64,000 bases of DNA from Eledone cirrhosa. Its lineage: Eukaryota. Numbering within the stretch: the first letter of the stretch is position 1; each line of letters begins with the position of its first letter. The notes below the pieces were generated by a model that was not told the DNA's origin, did not search any database, and saw nothing but the letters and a program-made list of their open reading frames with translations. The position numbers and the translations under genes were made by a program. The stretch is from contig OZ024752.1 in assembly GCA_964016885.1 (NCBI GenBank), positions 35,774,001 to 35,838,000 of the forward strand, in the 5' to 3' direction. This document shows, piece by piece, positions 63,089-64,000 of the stretch.

Positions 63089-64000
63089 GTGGTCCACTTA
63101 CCCCCTCCTGTCCAACTTCCAAGGACGTTACTAATCTTAATTAATTGACTTTCCATCTTATTTCTCTACTTCAACACATCAAACAAGTCATGAAATTATT
63201 GAGTTTAAGGATTATTTGTCTCATCAATAAAAGCGGTTGAACGAATCTGATTATTACTCGAGAATATTGATTCCATAATACTCTCCATTAAATCAATCAA
63301 GATTTTTTTTTAAACGGATAAGAATCATGTTTTAATTTTAACCTTAAGTTATTATATCAGTGACGGAAAGACCAATGGAAATATTGTTTCCTGTGTACGA
63401 TATAACAATTTTAAGCCTACTCGTCGGTAAGCGAGTGAGGTTTCGGATTGTGTTGATTTGTGCTATAATGTTGTTAGGTAAATCCGTTCAAATTTGCCAC
63501 ATAATTCATCATATCTAAGCATTGATCTTTTCAGGCTTTAACCTACTAAATGTCTCTAACACATCGGCTAGTAGGTAAATATCAATCCAATCCAGGTCCT
63601 TCTCACTCCTGGCTGACCACCACCGCTTTCTCTTTAGTTTTGGTCATGTCTTCAGCGGTAGCAATATTCATCACGCTAGGCTAATTGTGGGTTGGTGAGG
63701 TTATTTAACCCATAGTTGGGGCGAATGGCCGTTGACTCTGAGGAGTTCATGTCAAACTTTAGATAAAATGATAAATAGTGAAAAACATTTATTCAATTCA
63801 TTTGGTCACTCACCCTCATCTATCTACAATTTAACTTATCTATCTACCTTGGTCTTCCAAATATACAGCTGGATCTATAAAAATAATTATCGTCTTCGTG
63901 TTTCATTGTTCCCCCGGGAAAGATGTAGTCATGGTGAAACCTTGACCTCATTATAACTATTTCCAATGATTGCTCTACTTCATTGAATCGCCATTTTGTA

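Overview
Repeat-dense, AT-rich metazoan DNA. The SINE, MITE and RTE content looks like an octopod cephalopod genome, which is an inference from repeat content only. Two host genes lie on the minus strand: a complete 18-coding-exon CDC45 (58681 to 31110, 565 aa when the exons are joined) and the first coding exon of PGAP3/Per1 (7131 to 6844), whose remaining exons probably lie beyond the window start. Near the window start is a 5'-truncated Penelope-like element (RT plus C-terminal GIY-YIG) with a 1.3 kb inverted copy of its 3' end. The most distinctive signal is a set of hammerhead-ribozyme motifs (one canonical, several variant or half) in short Penelope-type elements inserted in (TA)n tracts. 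Two of these are fold-back palindromes centred on helix II, and several share a 3' ACTC..GAGTAC hairpin. Also present: RTE LINE fragments (one with a PHD finger inside the RT), two tRNA-derived SINE families, non-autonomous Helitrons, piggyBac-, mariner-, pogo- and hAT-type MITEs, and many micro- and minisatellites, including a 49 x 42 bp array built from an RTE 3' end. Most long ORFs in the supplied track are repeat artefacts.
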